IMG/VR virus record: IMGVR_UViG_3300030380_005342
Span: 10,026-74,025 of that record
Strand: one strand, 5' to 3'
DNA length: 64,000 bases
Source of the DNA: a virus
Part shown: one piece after another, positions 20,384 through 31,243 of the stretch
How the letters are laid out: every line of letters begins with the position of its first letter
How positions within the stretch are numbered: the stretch's first letter is position 1
Translations under genes and position numbers: made by a program
Notes under the pieces: generated by a model
Told to the model about the DNA's origin: nothing
The model's database searches: none
Seen by the model: the letters and a program-made list of their open reading frames with translations, nothing else

Positions 20384-22459
<2,076 letters not shown>

Positions 22460-22469
22460 TCTAAGAAAG

Positions 22470-22477
22470 AATAAATA
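22470..22477 (+). promoter_or_regulatory. Late promoter AATAAATA (gp18)
   Basis: Intergenic, upstream of AAGGAG RBS. Confidence 0.65.
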
Positions 22478-22502
22478 ATAGGCATACTAAGGAGAATCGT
22501 CT

Positions 22503-24935
22503 ATGGCATTTCAAGTCAGCCCCGGTGTTCAAGTTAAAGAAATCGATCTTACCTCCATTATCCCTGCTGTTGCCACAACGCGGGCTGGTTTTGCTGGAGA
22601 ATTTGATTGGGGTCCAGCGGAAGTTATTACCACTGTTACTGGTGTCAACTCCCTGAGAGAGAACTTCTCTGACCCATCCGATACAAACTACGTCAGTTGG
22701 TTCACAGCAGCCAACTTCCTTGCTTATACAAACAACCTTCAAGTTGTTCGTGTTCTTGGATCTGGTGCTAAAAACGCTGCTTCAATCGGCACAGGTGTTT
22801 TGATTAAGAATAGAGATGACTATGATAGCAAAAGTGCCTCTGATTTAGGTGATAACGTCTGGATCGCAAAATTTGCTGGTGGTGCTTCTGGTGCAAATGA
22901 TGGTACTCTTGGTAACTCGATTCAAGTTTCTGCATTCAACAGAACCACAACAAACATTGAGTTGTTTGACTTTAACACCTTTGGTGCTATCACTGGTATT
23001 GCAACTGCTGGTAGTTCAACTGAATCGGGTAACTACTCCCCACCTGCCGCTGACAAAACATTCTACTTTGCTTCGAATACTTTAGTTGCTGATGGCTTTA
23101 CCAAAGGCACAGTTATTGATGTTGCAAATGCTGGAACCACTGGAACAAATGCTGCTGATAATTTATTGATTGAAGGATTGAACAGCAGACTCGTCACGGG
23201 AACCACCGCAGCAGTCGCATTTAGCATGACCGCTGGTCATACGGGAACAGGCTTTACAATCGGTGGAGCATCAACCGGAATCACAGGTCTTCGTGTTGTT
23301 GGAACCACGACACCGAGTTCAAATATCGCTGGTGGTGCGACTGGTACTCAAGTCAGAATTCATACCGCAGGACATAACGGTGCAGCAGTTGAAATTCTTG
23401 GCATGATTCGAGGCATCACGGCTGAAGCATCAGCCATGACTTTAGATATTGCGTTTGGTGCAGCGATTGGTGCAACATTCTTTGCCGCTGCCGGAGCGAC
23501 CATTGACATCTTAGGTACGATTGAAGTTGGGTCAACCGCTGCGAATCAAGCAGGCAAAACTGCTGCACAAATCACACCAAGATTTGCAAGTAACTTTACC
23601 ACCAATCTTCCTGCAACGAGTCAATTTACTTTGCAAAAAGGTGCAACAAACGACTTGCTCAATGTGGCAGTCATTGACCACGCTGGTGACTGGACAGGTA
23701 ACACTGGTGAAGTTCTTGAGGTCTTCGATGGTGTCTCGGTGAACCCGAACGCTAAAGATTTTGCTGGAAACTCAATCTTCTACAAAAATGTTATTAATGA
23801 TCAATCCGAATACATCTACTTTGGTGCGAAGCATGTTGATGCAGGATCTACTGCCGGTATGCAACCCGGAGGCACAGATAACCTTGGCAACGCAGGTGCA
23901 TCTTTCGGTGTAGCCGCTGGTAGTGGAACAAACTATCATCTTCTGCCCAAAGCAGCAACCGTACAACTTGGTGGTGGCACTTCTGGTGCAGCCGTCACGG
24001 ACTTCATCACCAACGGATTCGATAAGTTCTCAGATACAGAAACAGTTGATGTCAACATTCTCGTTGGCGGTGGTGTGACAGGTAACAATGCGAAGAGCGT
24101 TGCAGAAATCGCACTGAATAGAAAAGATGCGATTGCATTCTTCTCACCACCTCAAGATGCTGTTCTTGACTCCACCGGATCTTCACCCCTTTCACAGATT
24201 CAAGCAACTGCAAACGCTGTTGCATATCGTAAGGGTCTGAATGGCAATGTCAGTGGTGGTAGCAAAGATTACACTTCTGGTAACCTTAATATTAATAACT
24301 CTTACGCTGTTCTTGATAGTGGTTGGAAATACTGCTTTGACAGATTCAACGATGTTTTCAGATATATTCCACTCAATGCTGATACCGCTGGTGTGACCGT
24401 TCGAACCGATATTCTCGGTGAGCCTTGGTTCTCTCCTGCTGGATTCAACAGAGGACAGTTGAACGGAGTTGTCAAACTCGCTTACAGCCCTGTGAAGAGC
24501 CAACGGGATGATCTCTACTCAAGTCAGGTCAACCCTGTTGTATCCTTCCCCGGTCAAGGCACTGTGTTGTTTGGTGATAAAACAATGCAATCTTCACCGT
24601 CTGCTTTTGATAGAATCAATGTTCGAAGATTGTTCATCATTCTTGAGAAAGCAATTTCAACAGCAGCCAAGTTCCAACTCTTTGAAATCAACGATGCATT
24701 CACACGATCACAATTTAGAGGTTTGGTTGAGCCATTCTTGCGAGATGTTCAAGCAAGAAGAGGTATCACGGACTTCAAGGTTGTGTGTGACGAAAGTAAC
24801 AACACTTCAAGTGTCATCGATAGAAACGAATTTGTTGCAAGTATTTTTGTCAAGCCAACACGCTCGATCAACTTCATCACCCTTAACTTTATTGCCTCTG
24901 CGACTGGTGTAAACTTTGACGAGATCGGTGGATAA
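22503..24935 (+). CDS. gp18: Tail sheath protein gp18 with large Gly/Thr/Ala-rich insertion
   Basis: SPGV.VKEIDLT, PWFSPAG.NRG, LFGDKT, SAFDRINVRRLF, VCDE.NNT..VIDRNEF; 810 aa. Confidence 0.97.
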   Translation: MAFQVSPGVQVKEIDLTSIIPAVATTRAGFAGEFDWGPAEVITTVTGVNSLRENFSDPSDTNYVSWFTAANFLAYTNNLQVVRVLGSGAKNAASIGTGVLIKNRDDYDSKSASDLGDNVWIAKFAGGASGANDGTLGNSIQVSAFNRTTTNIELFDFNTFGAITGIATAGSSTESGNYSPPAADKTFYFASNTLVADGFTKGTVIDVANAGTTGTNAADNLLIEGLNSRLVTGTTAAVAFSMTAGHTGTGFTIGGASTGITGLRVVGTTTPSSNIAGGATGTQVRIHTAGHNGAAVEILGMIRGITAEASAMTLDIAFGAAIGATFFAAAGATIDILGTIEVGSTAANQAGKTAAQITPRFASNFTTNLPATSQFTLQKGATNDLLNVAVIDHAGDWTGNTGEVLEVFDGVSVNPNAKDFAGNSIFYKNVINDQSEYIYFGAKHVDAGSTAGMQPGGTDNLGNAGASFGVAAGSGTNYHLLPKAATVQLGGGTSGAAVTDFITNGFDKFSDTETVDVNILVGGGVTGNNAKSVAEIALNRKDAIAFFSPPQDAVLDSTGSSPLSQIQATANAVAYRKGLNGNVSGGSKDYTSGNLNINNSYAVLDSGWKYCFDRFNDVFRYIPLNADTAGVTVRTDILGEPWFSPAGFNRGQLNGVVKLAYSPVKSQRDDLYSSQVNPVVSFPGQGTVLFGDKTMQSSPSAFDRINVRRLFIILEKAISTAAKFQLFEINDAFTRSQFRGLVEPFLRDVQARRGITDFKVVCDESNNTSSVIDRNEFVASIFVKPTRSINFITLNFIASATGVNFDEIGG

Positions 24936-24937
24936 CG

Positions 24938-24945
24938 TATACATA
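24938..24945 (+). promoter_or_regulatory. Late promoter variant TATACATA (gp19)
   Basis: Intergenic, upstream of GAGGAG RBS. Confidence 0.6.
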
Positions 24946-24962
24946 ACTCAGAGGAGAAATAA

Positions 24963-25523
24963 ATGAACATTGATAAGTTCAAAAACGCAATCGGTGGTGG
25001 AGTTAGACCTTCGCTTTTTAGAGTAAGAGGTAATATCGGCTCGTCCACCAGCCCTGATTCTCTTAGTTTTTTATGCACAGCATCTTCGCTTCCCGCTTCA
25101 AGTCTTGGAACAATCGAAGCACCCTACAGAGGAAGAACTCTTAAACTTCCCGGTTCACGAACCTTTGAAGATTGGTCAATTACAATCTTAAATGATGAGG
25201 GAATGAACCTTAGAACTTTGTTTGAGAAGTGGCTTGATGATTTGAATGGAGCAGTATCAAACGTTGCTGCAAGAGATATTAATCTTAGCAATAACATCGA
25301 CTTCCCAACGTGGGCGGTTGATCAACTTGATAGAAATGGCAGTCCCATTAAATCTTATGAATTACATTATTGTTTCCCAACCTCAGTCTCCGCAGTTGAA
25401 CTGTCGGCTGAAGGCGAAGGACTTTCTGACTTTGAAGTGTCCCTTGCATACACCTATCACCTCACTAGCGGTGTGAATGGTATTCAAGTCGGCACTGCGC
25501 CCGCAAGAGGCGACAACTCGTAA
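24963..25523 (+). CDS. gp19: Tail tube protein gp19
   Basis: GG.RP.LF.V, LPAS.LG.IE.PYRGR.LK.PG.RTFEDW.ITI.ND, QLDR.G. Confidence 0.95.
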   Translation: MNIDKFKNAIGGGVRPSLFRVRGNIGSSTSPDSLSFLCTASSLPASSLGTIEAPYRGRTLKLPGSRTFEDWSITILNDEGMNLRTLFEKWLDDLNGAVSNVAARDINLSNNIDFPTWAVDQLDRNGSPIKSYELHYCFPTSVSAVELSAEGEGLSDFEVSLAYTYHLTSGVNGIQVGTAPARGDNS

Positions 25524-25532
25524 GGATAGATT

Positions 25533-27059
25533 ATGCCTATTGAACTTTTTGGATTTTCTCTTGGACGTAGCGACAGGAGAAAAAATGTATCTACACCTGC
25601 CACTACCTTTCAGAGTGAAGTAAAAAATTCTAAGTCTTTCGTACCACCCGAAATTGATGATGCATACACCGTTGATGCCGGTGGTGTTTTCGGAACTTAT
25701 GTTGATCTTGATGGTCAACTTCGTAACGAAAATGAATACATTAAAAAATACAGAGAGATGGCTTCCCAACCAGAACTTGAGCAGGCGATTGAGGACATTT
25801 GCAATGAGGCGATTGTTTACGATGAACAAAGATATCCAATTAATTTGAAACTTGATTTTATCGATCAACCGGAAAGTGTAAAAAACTCAATCCGAAAAGA
25901 GTTTCAAAAAATCTTAAGACTTCTTGACTTCCAAAACAGAGGCTATGAAATCTTTAGACGTTGGTACATTGATGGCAAGGGCTACTATCACATGGTTGTA
26001 GATCCTAAAAATACCAAAAAGGGTATCATAGAAATGCGTCCAATTGACGCTTCCAAAATTAAAAAGATTGCTAAGGTAGATAAAAAAACTGATCCTAAGA
26101 CGGGGGCTAAAACAGTTGAATCTATCAAAGAAGTTTATGTCTTTAGAGAAAAACCTGATGATGCAAATGGTTTAGAGATTGCTCCCGAAGCAGTTGATTA
26201 CTTTCCTTCAGGACTTTTTGACGCATCAAGAACGAGAGCGATCTCATATATTCACAAAGCAATCAAGCCGTTAAATCAACTTCGAATGGTTGAGGATGCG
26301 ACTGTGATTTACAGACTTGCCCGCGCACCTGAACGAAGAATCTTTTATGTTGATGTTGGTTCTTTGCCTAAAACAAAAGCGGAGCAATACGTCCGTGAAC
26401 TCATGAATCGTTATCGCAACAAGTTAGTTTATGATTCGTCAACAGGCGATATCAGAGATGACAAAAAATACATGTCAATGATGGAGGACTTCTGGTTCCC
26501 CCGAAGAGAGGGTGGAAAAGGTACGCAGGTTGACACACTTCAAGGTGGTCAAAACTTGGGCGAGATGGATGATGTTTTGTATTTTGAAAAGAAACTTTAT
26601 AGAGCCTTGAATGTGCCTTTGTCTAGAATTGAAACCGATACCGGGTTCAATATGGGTAGGGCATCTGAAATCAGTAGAGATGAACTTAATTTTCAAAAAT
26701 TTATTGATCGTCTTCGAAACAAATTCAATGTGATGTTCTTGAATGCTCTTCGTGTTCAACTTGTTCTTACGGGTGTTATCACCGAGAAGGAGTGGTACTC
26801 GATGGTACAGGACATTCGTTTTGAGTATGTTTCCGATTCATACTTCACTGAAAGTAAAGATTACGAGATACTTCAAGAAAGACTAAATATTCTTAGTTCT
26901 ATCAATGATTCTATTGGTGAGTATTACTCACGCGAGTGGGTGAGAAAAAATATTCTTCGGCAGAATGAAAAAGAGATTAAAGAAGAAGATAGAAAAATTG
27001 CTAAAGAACGAGAAGATGGAGTTCTGCCTCCGAAGTCAGCAGAAGGAATGGGGTTCTAA
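25533..27059 (+). CDS. gp20: Portal vertex protein gp20
   Basis: FRRWYIDG, KP.NQLRM.EDA.VIYR.ARAPERRIFYVDVG.LP, EDFW.PRREGGKGT. Confidence 0.97.
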   Translation: MPIELFGFSLGRSDRRKNVSTPATTFQSEVKNSKSFVPPEIDDAYTVDAGGVFGTYVDLDGQLRNENEYIKKYREMASQPELEQAIEDICNEAIVYDEQRYPINLKLDFIDQPESVKNSIRKEFQKILRLLDFQNRGYEIFRRWYIDGKGYYHMVVDPKNTKKGIIEMRPIDASKIKKIAKVDKKTDPKTGAKTVESIKEVYVFREKPDDANGLEIAPEAVDYFPSGLFDASRTRAISYIHKAIKPLNQLRMVEDATVIYRLARAPERRIFYVDVGSLPKTKAEQYVRELMNRYRNKLVYDSSTGDIRDDKKYMSMMEDFWFPRREGGKGTQVDTLQGGQNLGEMDDVLYFEKKLYRALNVPLSRIETDTGFNMGRASEISRDELNFQKFIDRLRNKFNVMFLNALRVQLVLTGVITEKEWYSMVQDIRFEYVSDSYFTESKDYEILQERLNILSSINDSIGEYYSREWVRKNILRQNEKEIKEEDRKIAKEREDGVLPPKSAEGMGF

Positions 27060-27757
27060 TGTCAGAGTATTCTACTGATTCTGAGTTCAAAAAACTTTTA
27101 AATAAAAAGTTAAGCGAGCGTGCCTTGCAACTGCTGTCTGTGTATGAAGAGGCTGTTGCAAAGGGTGAAACAGAAGAAAAAGAGACTGAAGAAAAAGAAG
27201 CCGCTGAAACTGAAAAGATTAAGAGTGAGAAAGAAGAGAACAAGGCTGATATCAAAAAGAAAGAAGCAGAGATCAAGAAGGATGCAGACGATGTTGCACT
27301 TGATCCAGAGTTTCAGAAAGAATTCTTTCTTGATACCTTTAACTACAAGGGCAAAGTGATCACACTCAAAAAGGTTGGCATGGGAGCATCTGCCCCTGTT
27401 TCTGCGTATGTGGATGGTAAACGAGCCGATATTTTCCTGACACAAAAACAAGCCCTCGCAGGCATCAAAAAGATTATTGATTTAAAGGCAGTCAAAGAAC
27501 AAACAAATTTAGATTCAATTCATCCAGTCAGTATCAAAAATATTCAAGAGATCGGAACCAAAGGATCTAATCTCAAACACAGTGATGGAAATATTACATT
27601 TTTTAGTTTTGATGATGCATCTAATATTTTGGAAATGTATGAGAATCTAAATAATAGGAACAAAAAACTTTTCCAAAAAGAACTTGGTGGATCACAAAAG
27701 GCAGCCGTTGGCATGATTCACCACTTTCAAGAAATGCTTAAAAGGGATCTAGTATGA
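27059..27757 (+). CDS. Hypothetical Lys/Glu-rich protein in head module (possible prohead core component)
   Basis: TAATG overlap with gp20 stop; charged composition; located between gp20 and gp21. Confidence 0.55.
   Translation: MSEYSTDSEFKKLLNKKLSERALQLLSVYEEAVAKGETEEKETEEKEAAETEKIKSEKEENKADIKKKEAEIKKDADDVALDPEFQKEFFLDTFNYKGKVITLKKVGMGASAPVSAYVDGKRADIFLTQKQALAGIKKIIDLKAVKEQTNLDSIHPVSIKNIQEIGTKGSNLKHSDGNITFFSFDDASNILEMYENLNNRNKKLFQKELGGSQKAAVGMIHHFQEMLKRDLV
27646..27653 (+). promoter_or_regulatory. Possible late promoter TCTAAATA
   Basis: Motif match about 100 nt upstream of ORF 27754, inside the upstream CDS. Confidence 0.35.
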
Positions 27758-29268
27758 GTAACATGAAAGAAATCATCCAAGCCGTAGCAAAACAGCAGTT
27801 CAACGCTGCAAATGAAATGATTACACAAAAACTTTCAGAAAAAATTTCTGATGCTCTGATTACTAGAAAAGAGACTGTTGGTCGTGAGTTTGCTGCTAGT
27901 GTTAATGAAGAAAAACGAGACTATAAAACATTCTTCAATGCTGCCATGAAGAAGTTTAATATCTCTTCCCCCGCTGATCTTAAATCAGATCAAGAAAAGA
28001 AAGAGTTTTTTGAATACATTGATAAAAACTTTAAAGGTGTTGAAGAGGAAGAGCCTGAACCCGGAGATCCCGGTTATGTTCCCCCATATGTTCCTCAGTT
28101 GATTAGAGATCCTAGAAGACCAATCGCACCATATGAACCAACAAATCCTGTGAGTCCGAAACCCTTACCCATCGACCCAGATAATCCTGATGTAATTCCT
28201 TACATGCCTATCCCCGGTTTCATCGAAGATCCTTTCACTGATCCAAACAATCCTGATCGAGATCCAACTAGACCTCTAAGCACTCCTCCAGTTGAAGGTG
28301 AGGCATACGGTTCGGAAGAAGAATTGATGGGAGCCTTACAAAAGTTGATGGGCGGTTCAAAAAAAAAAGAGGAACTAAGAAAGTTCCAAACCCCCGGACA
28401 ACAGGATATTGAACAAGGTAAGATGTCCTCTCCTTTTCAATTGAAAGGTTTTAAAGGAAAAGGTCAAGCAATTTTCACTGACCCCGCTGGTCCCGTAGCC
28501 CAAAATCCTGTCGAGCAACCGGGAGATGCTAATCCCTATAAGAGTGGGTCTGCTGAAGTCAGAGATCCCGCACCTAAAGGTAATCCCCAGACAGTAGGTG
28601 ATATTGATGTTGAGTCAGATCGCAAGCGAGGTGAATTTGGTTTAGGCACAGGAGCGATTCCAGCACAAAGAAAGATCGCAGGAAGCATGACCACCACTGA
28701 TCTTGATCGCTCTAAGAAAGATTATGATTTAGAGGATGAAGAAGAAATGTTTGGAAGAAGACCTGTGACACCACCTGAAACACCACGCCCTATGAACCCC
28801 GGAGATATTCCTAACAGACCCATCCTCCCCGGACCCGGAAGACCTGATCTAGATCCCCCCCGTAAACCACAACCAAATCCCGGTGGTCCCAATCGACCCT
28901 TCCTTCCCGGTCCCGGTAGACCGGATATTCTTCCAGCACCAGATGATGTAAATCCTTTGCCTTCGCCAGATTTCTTTGATCCGATGGGTGATCATGATGG
29001 CGATGGAAGACCTAACTATATGGACCCGGATCACCCTTACTACAATCCGGGTGCGCCTCAAGTTTATGGTACTGAAGGGGAGGCGTATGATGATGAGGAG
29101 GAAGAGTTGGGTGCAGACGCTATCGGCTCACCAGAAGCAAGGGCAAAAAGACCAGTCGAAGATGATCCAGTATTTAAAGTTGCAAAAACTTTAGACGCGG
29201 ATGATGGTCTTGAAACAGATGATCCATTTAGAACCACCATGAAACTTAAGAAAAGAAGGAGAGCGTAA
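27754..29268 (+). CDS. Prohead core gp67-like N-terminus fused to long Pro/Asp-rich low-complexity region
   Basis: N-terminal helix (IIQAV.....A.......LSEKI.DAL..RK) like gp67; DYK.FF..AMKKF..SSPADL...EKKEFF.YIDK module; PGPGRPD repeats. Confidence 0.6.
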   Translation: MSNMKEIIQAVAKQQFNAANEMITQKLSEKISDALITRKETVGREFAASVNEEKRDYKTFFNAAMKKFNISSPADLKSDQEKKEFFEYIDKNFKGVEEEEPEPGDPGYVPPYVPQLIRDPRRPIAPYEPTNPVSPKPLPIDPDNPDVIPYMPIPGFIEDPFTDPNNPDRDPTRPLSTPPVEGEAYGSEEELMGALQKLMGGSKKKEELRKFQTPGQQDIEQGKMSSPFQLKGFKGKGQAIFTDPAGPVAQNPVEQPGDANPYKSGSAEVRDPAPKGNPQTVGDIDVESDRKRGEFGLGTGAIPAQRKIAGSMTTTDLDRSKKDYDLEDEEEMFGRRPVTPPETPRPMNPGDIPNRPILPGPGRPDLDPPRKPQPNPGGPNRPFLPGPGRPDILPAPDDVNPLPSPDFFDPMGDHDGDGRPNYMDPDHPYYNPGAPQVYGTEGEAYDDEEEELGADAIGSPEARAKRPVEDDPVFKVAKTLDADDGLETDDPFRTTMKLKKRRRA

Positions 29269-29924
29269 TGTTACTCATCACTGAACACACCGAAGATGTT
29301 AATCTAATCACCGAAGAGGTTGATGGCGAAAAACAATATCATATTGATGGTGTTTTTATGCAAGCCGAACAAAAGAATCGTAATGGTCGTGTGTATCCAA
29401 ACAAGACATTGATGAATGAAGTGGCTCGATACAATAGGGAATATGTAACACCAAGTCGTGCGATGGGTGAACTCGGACACCCCGATGGTCCCCAACTTAA
29501 TCTTGAAAGAGTGTCTCACTTAATTAAAGAACTTCGTATCGATGGAAATGATGTCTATGGAAAGGCAAAAATTCTTGATACTCCATATGGTAAAATTGTA
29601 AAAGATCTTATCAAAGAAGGAGTTAAGATCGGTGTCTCATCTAGAGGTATGGGTTCACTTAAACAAAACAAAAAAGGTATCAATGAAGTACAAGATGATT
29701 TTAGTCTTGCCGCTGTTGATATTGTTGCAGATCCATCTGCTCCTGATGCCTATGTTCAGGGCATCATGGAAGGCAAAGAATGGGTGTGGGAAAACGGTAT
29801 TCTCACATCCCGTGAAATTGAATCTCACAAAGAAGTGATTTCCAAAACTCCAAAAAGGAACTTAGACGAGGCTAAATTGTATTGTTTCGCTGATTTCCTC
29901 TCAAAATTACGCAAACATAAATAA
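29268..29924 (+). CDS. gp21: Prohead protease gp21
   Basis: MLLITE, I.GVFMQAE.KNRNGRVYP, GELGHP, GVSSRGMGS, DIVADPSAPDA.V.GIME. Confidence 0.97.
   Translation: MLLITEHTEDVNLITEEVDGEKQYHIDGVFMQAEQKNRNGRVYPNKTLMNEVARYNREYVTPSRAMGELGHPDGPQLNLERVSHLIKELRIDGNDVYGKAKILDTPYGKIVKDLIKEGVKIGVSSRGMGSLKQNKKGINEVQDDFSLAAVDIVADPSAPDAYVQGIMEGKEWVWENGILTSREIESHKEVISKTPKRNLDEAKLYCFADFLSKLRKHK
29916..29923 (+). promoter_or_regulatory. Late promoter CATAAATA (gp22-gp23)
   Basis: Overlaps gp21 stop; upstream of AAGGAG RBS. Confidence 0.65.
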
Positions 29925-29948
29925 AGAGGAACACTTAAGGAGAGTCCA

Positions 29949-31220
29949 ATGAGTCTTGATAACGCCCTTGAAACCGCAAGAAAAATTCTTGAAGAAGAAA
30001 GTTTTACCGATCCAACTAAACTCACTGCAATGCGGGCTGCCCGAAAAGCAACCGAAAAGTCTGAAAAGATGAAAAAGCATTCCAGTGGTGGGGAAGGTGA
30101 AGAAGTATCTGACGTTCCCGGCATGAAGGGATCTGAGATTAGTGCTGATGGCACAACTCCTAAAGTACCAGAACCAGTCACAGGTGGCACAGAGCCAGTT
30201 GATGATCTTTCCGACATGGAGCCAGAAGAAGAAATGTACGGCTCAGAGGAGGACATGGGAATGGGCATGATGAAAGCCATGATGAAAAAGAAAATGATGG
30301 GTGATGAAGAGGAAATGATGGATGATGATGAAGAAGAAATGATGGATGATGATGAAGAAGAAATGATGAACATGGATGACGATAAGAAAAAGAAAATGAT
30401 GATGATGCTCAAGAAAATGATGAGCGGTGGAGGAATGGGTGCAGGAATGAAAGGTATGTCCGAGGGATCTGATTATCTTGGCAAACTTTTCTCTGGCGAA
30501 GAACTCTCAGAAGAATTCAAAGATAAAGCATCTACCATTTTCGAGGCTGCCGTTGAAATGAGAGTTGACGATATTCGTGCTGAACTTCACGAAGAGTTTG
30601 CACAAAAAGTTGAACTTCAAGTCGAGTCGATGGCAGAAAAAATGGACGATTATTTGTCTTATGTCGTTGAGAACTGGATGAAAGAAAATCAAGTTGCCAT
30701 CGATACAGGTGTTCGTTCTGATGTCACTGAGTCCTTCATGATTGGATTGAAGAAACTCTTTGAAACTCACTACGTCACAATGCCAGAAGAGTCTTATGAT
30801 TTGGTCGAGGGTTTAAATAATAAAGTCTTTGACCTAAACTCTCAACTGGACGAACAAATTAAGAAAAATATTTCAGTTATGAAGCAAATGACACAGGCAC
30901 AAGCCGAGGCTGTGTATGAATCTCACACCAAGGGCATGACCGAAACTCAAGAGGCTCGAATGCGACAACTCGCAGAGAAGATTGATTTCGATGATGCTCA
31001 AGAATTTGCTGAAAAACTTGATATGTTAAAAGAAAACTTCTTCGGTGTTCATGAAGAAGAAGAAGTTTCAAACAGAACCCCTCTCGTTGAGGAATTTGCC
31101 ATCACTGAAGAAGAGGCAGTCGAAGAAGAAAGACCAACTCTCGCTCCAACGATGGAAGCGTATACCAACGCACTCTCTCGCTCTGCGAAGATCGAAAGAA
31201 ATAATACCTACTCTAAGTAA
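29949..31220 (+). CDS. gp22: Prohead core scaffolding protein gp22
   Basis: LF.GEELSEEFK.KA.TIFEAAV, D.YL.YVVE.WM.EN..AI..G, ESF..GLK.LF..HY, M.AY..AL. Confidence 0.95.
   Translation: MSLDNALETARKILEEESFTDPTKLTAMRAARKATEKSEKMKKHSSGGEGEEVSDVPGMKGSEISADGTTPKVPEPVTGGTEPVDDLSDMEPEEEMYGSEEDMGMGMMKAMMKKKMMGDEEEMMDDDEEEMMDDDEEEMMNMDDDKKKKMMMMLKKMMSGGGMGAGMKGMSEGSDYLGKLFSGEELSEEFKDKASTIFEAAVEMRVDDIRAELHEEFAQKVELQVESMAEKMDDYLSYVVENWMKENQVAIDTGVRSDVTESFMIGLKKLFETHYVTMPEESYDLVEGLNNKVFDLNSQLDEQIKKNISVMKQMTQAQAEAVYESHTKGMTETQEARMRQLAEKIDFDDAQEFAEKLDMLKENFFGVHEEEEVSNRTPLVEEFAITEEEAVEEERPTLAPTMEAYTNALSRSAKIERNNTYSK
30303..30368 (+). repeat. 24-nt tandem repeat (about 2.75 copies) encoding DEEEMMDD in gp22
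   Basis: gatgaagaggaaatgatggatgat / gatgaagaagaaatgatggatgat / gatgaagaagaaatgatg. Confidence 0.85.
31208..31218. repeat. Left arm of 11-bp inverted repeat flanking gp23 (CTACTCTAAGT)
   Basis: Exact reverse complement of ACTTAGAGTAG at 32688-32698. Confidence 0.8.
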
Positions 31221-31243
31221 GACTACCGAAAGGAAATTCAATA

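Noticed and set aside
28359-28368. A10 run as programmed frameshift or phase-variation site
   Set aside because: ORF is intact through it and no stimulatory structure or alternative product is evident.
30303-30368. Short tandem repeats as possible CRISPR array
   Set aside because: Coding low-complexity repeats without unique spacers; no cas genes.
29825-30412. Ser/Ile-rich antisense ORF
   Set aside because: Mirror of the gp22 Asp/Glu/Met repeat.
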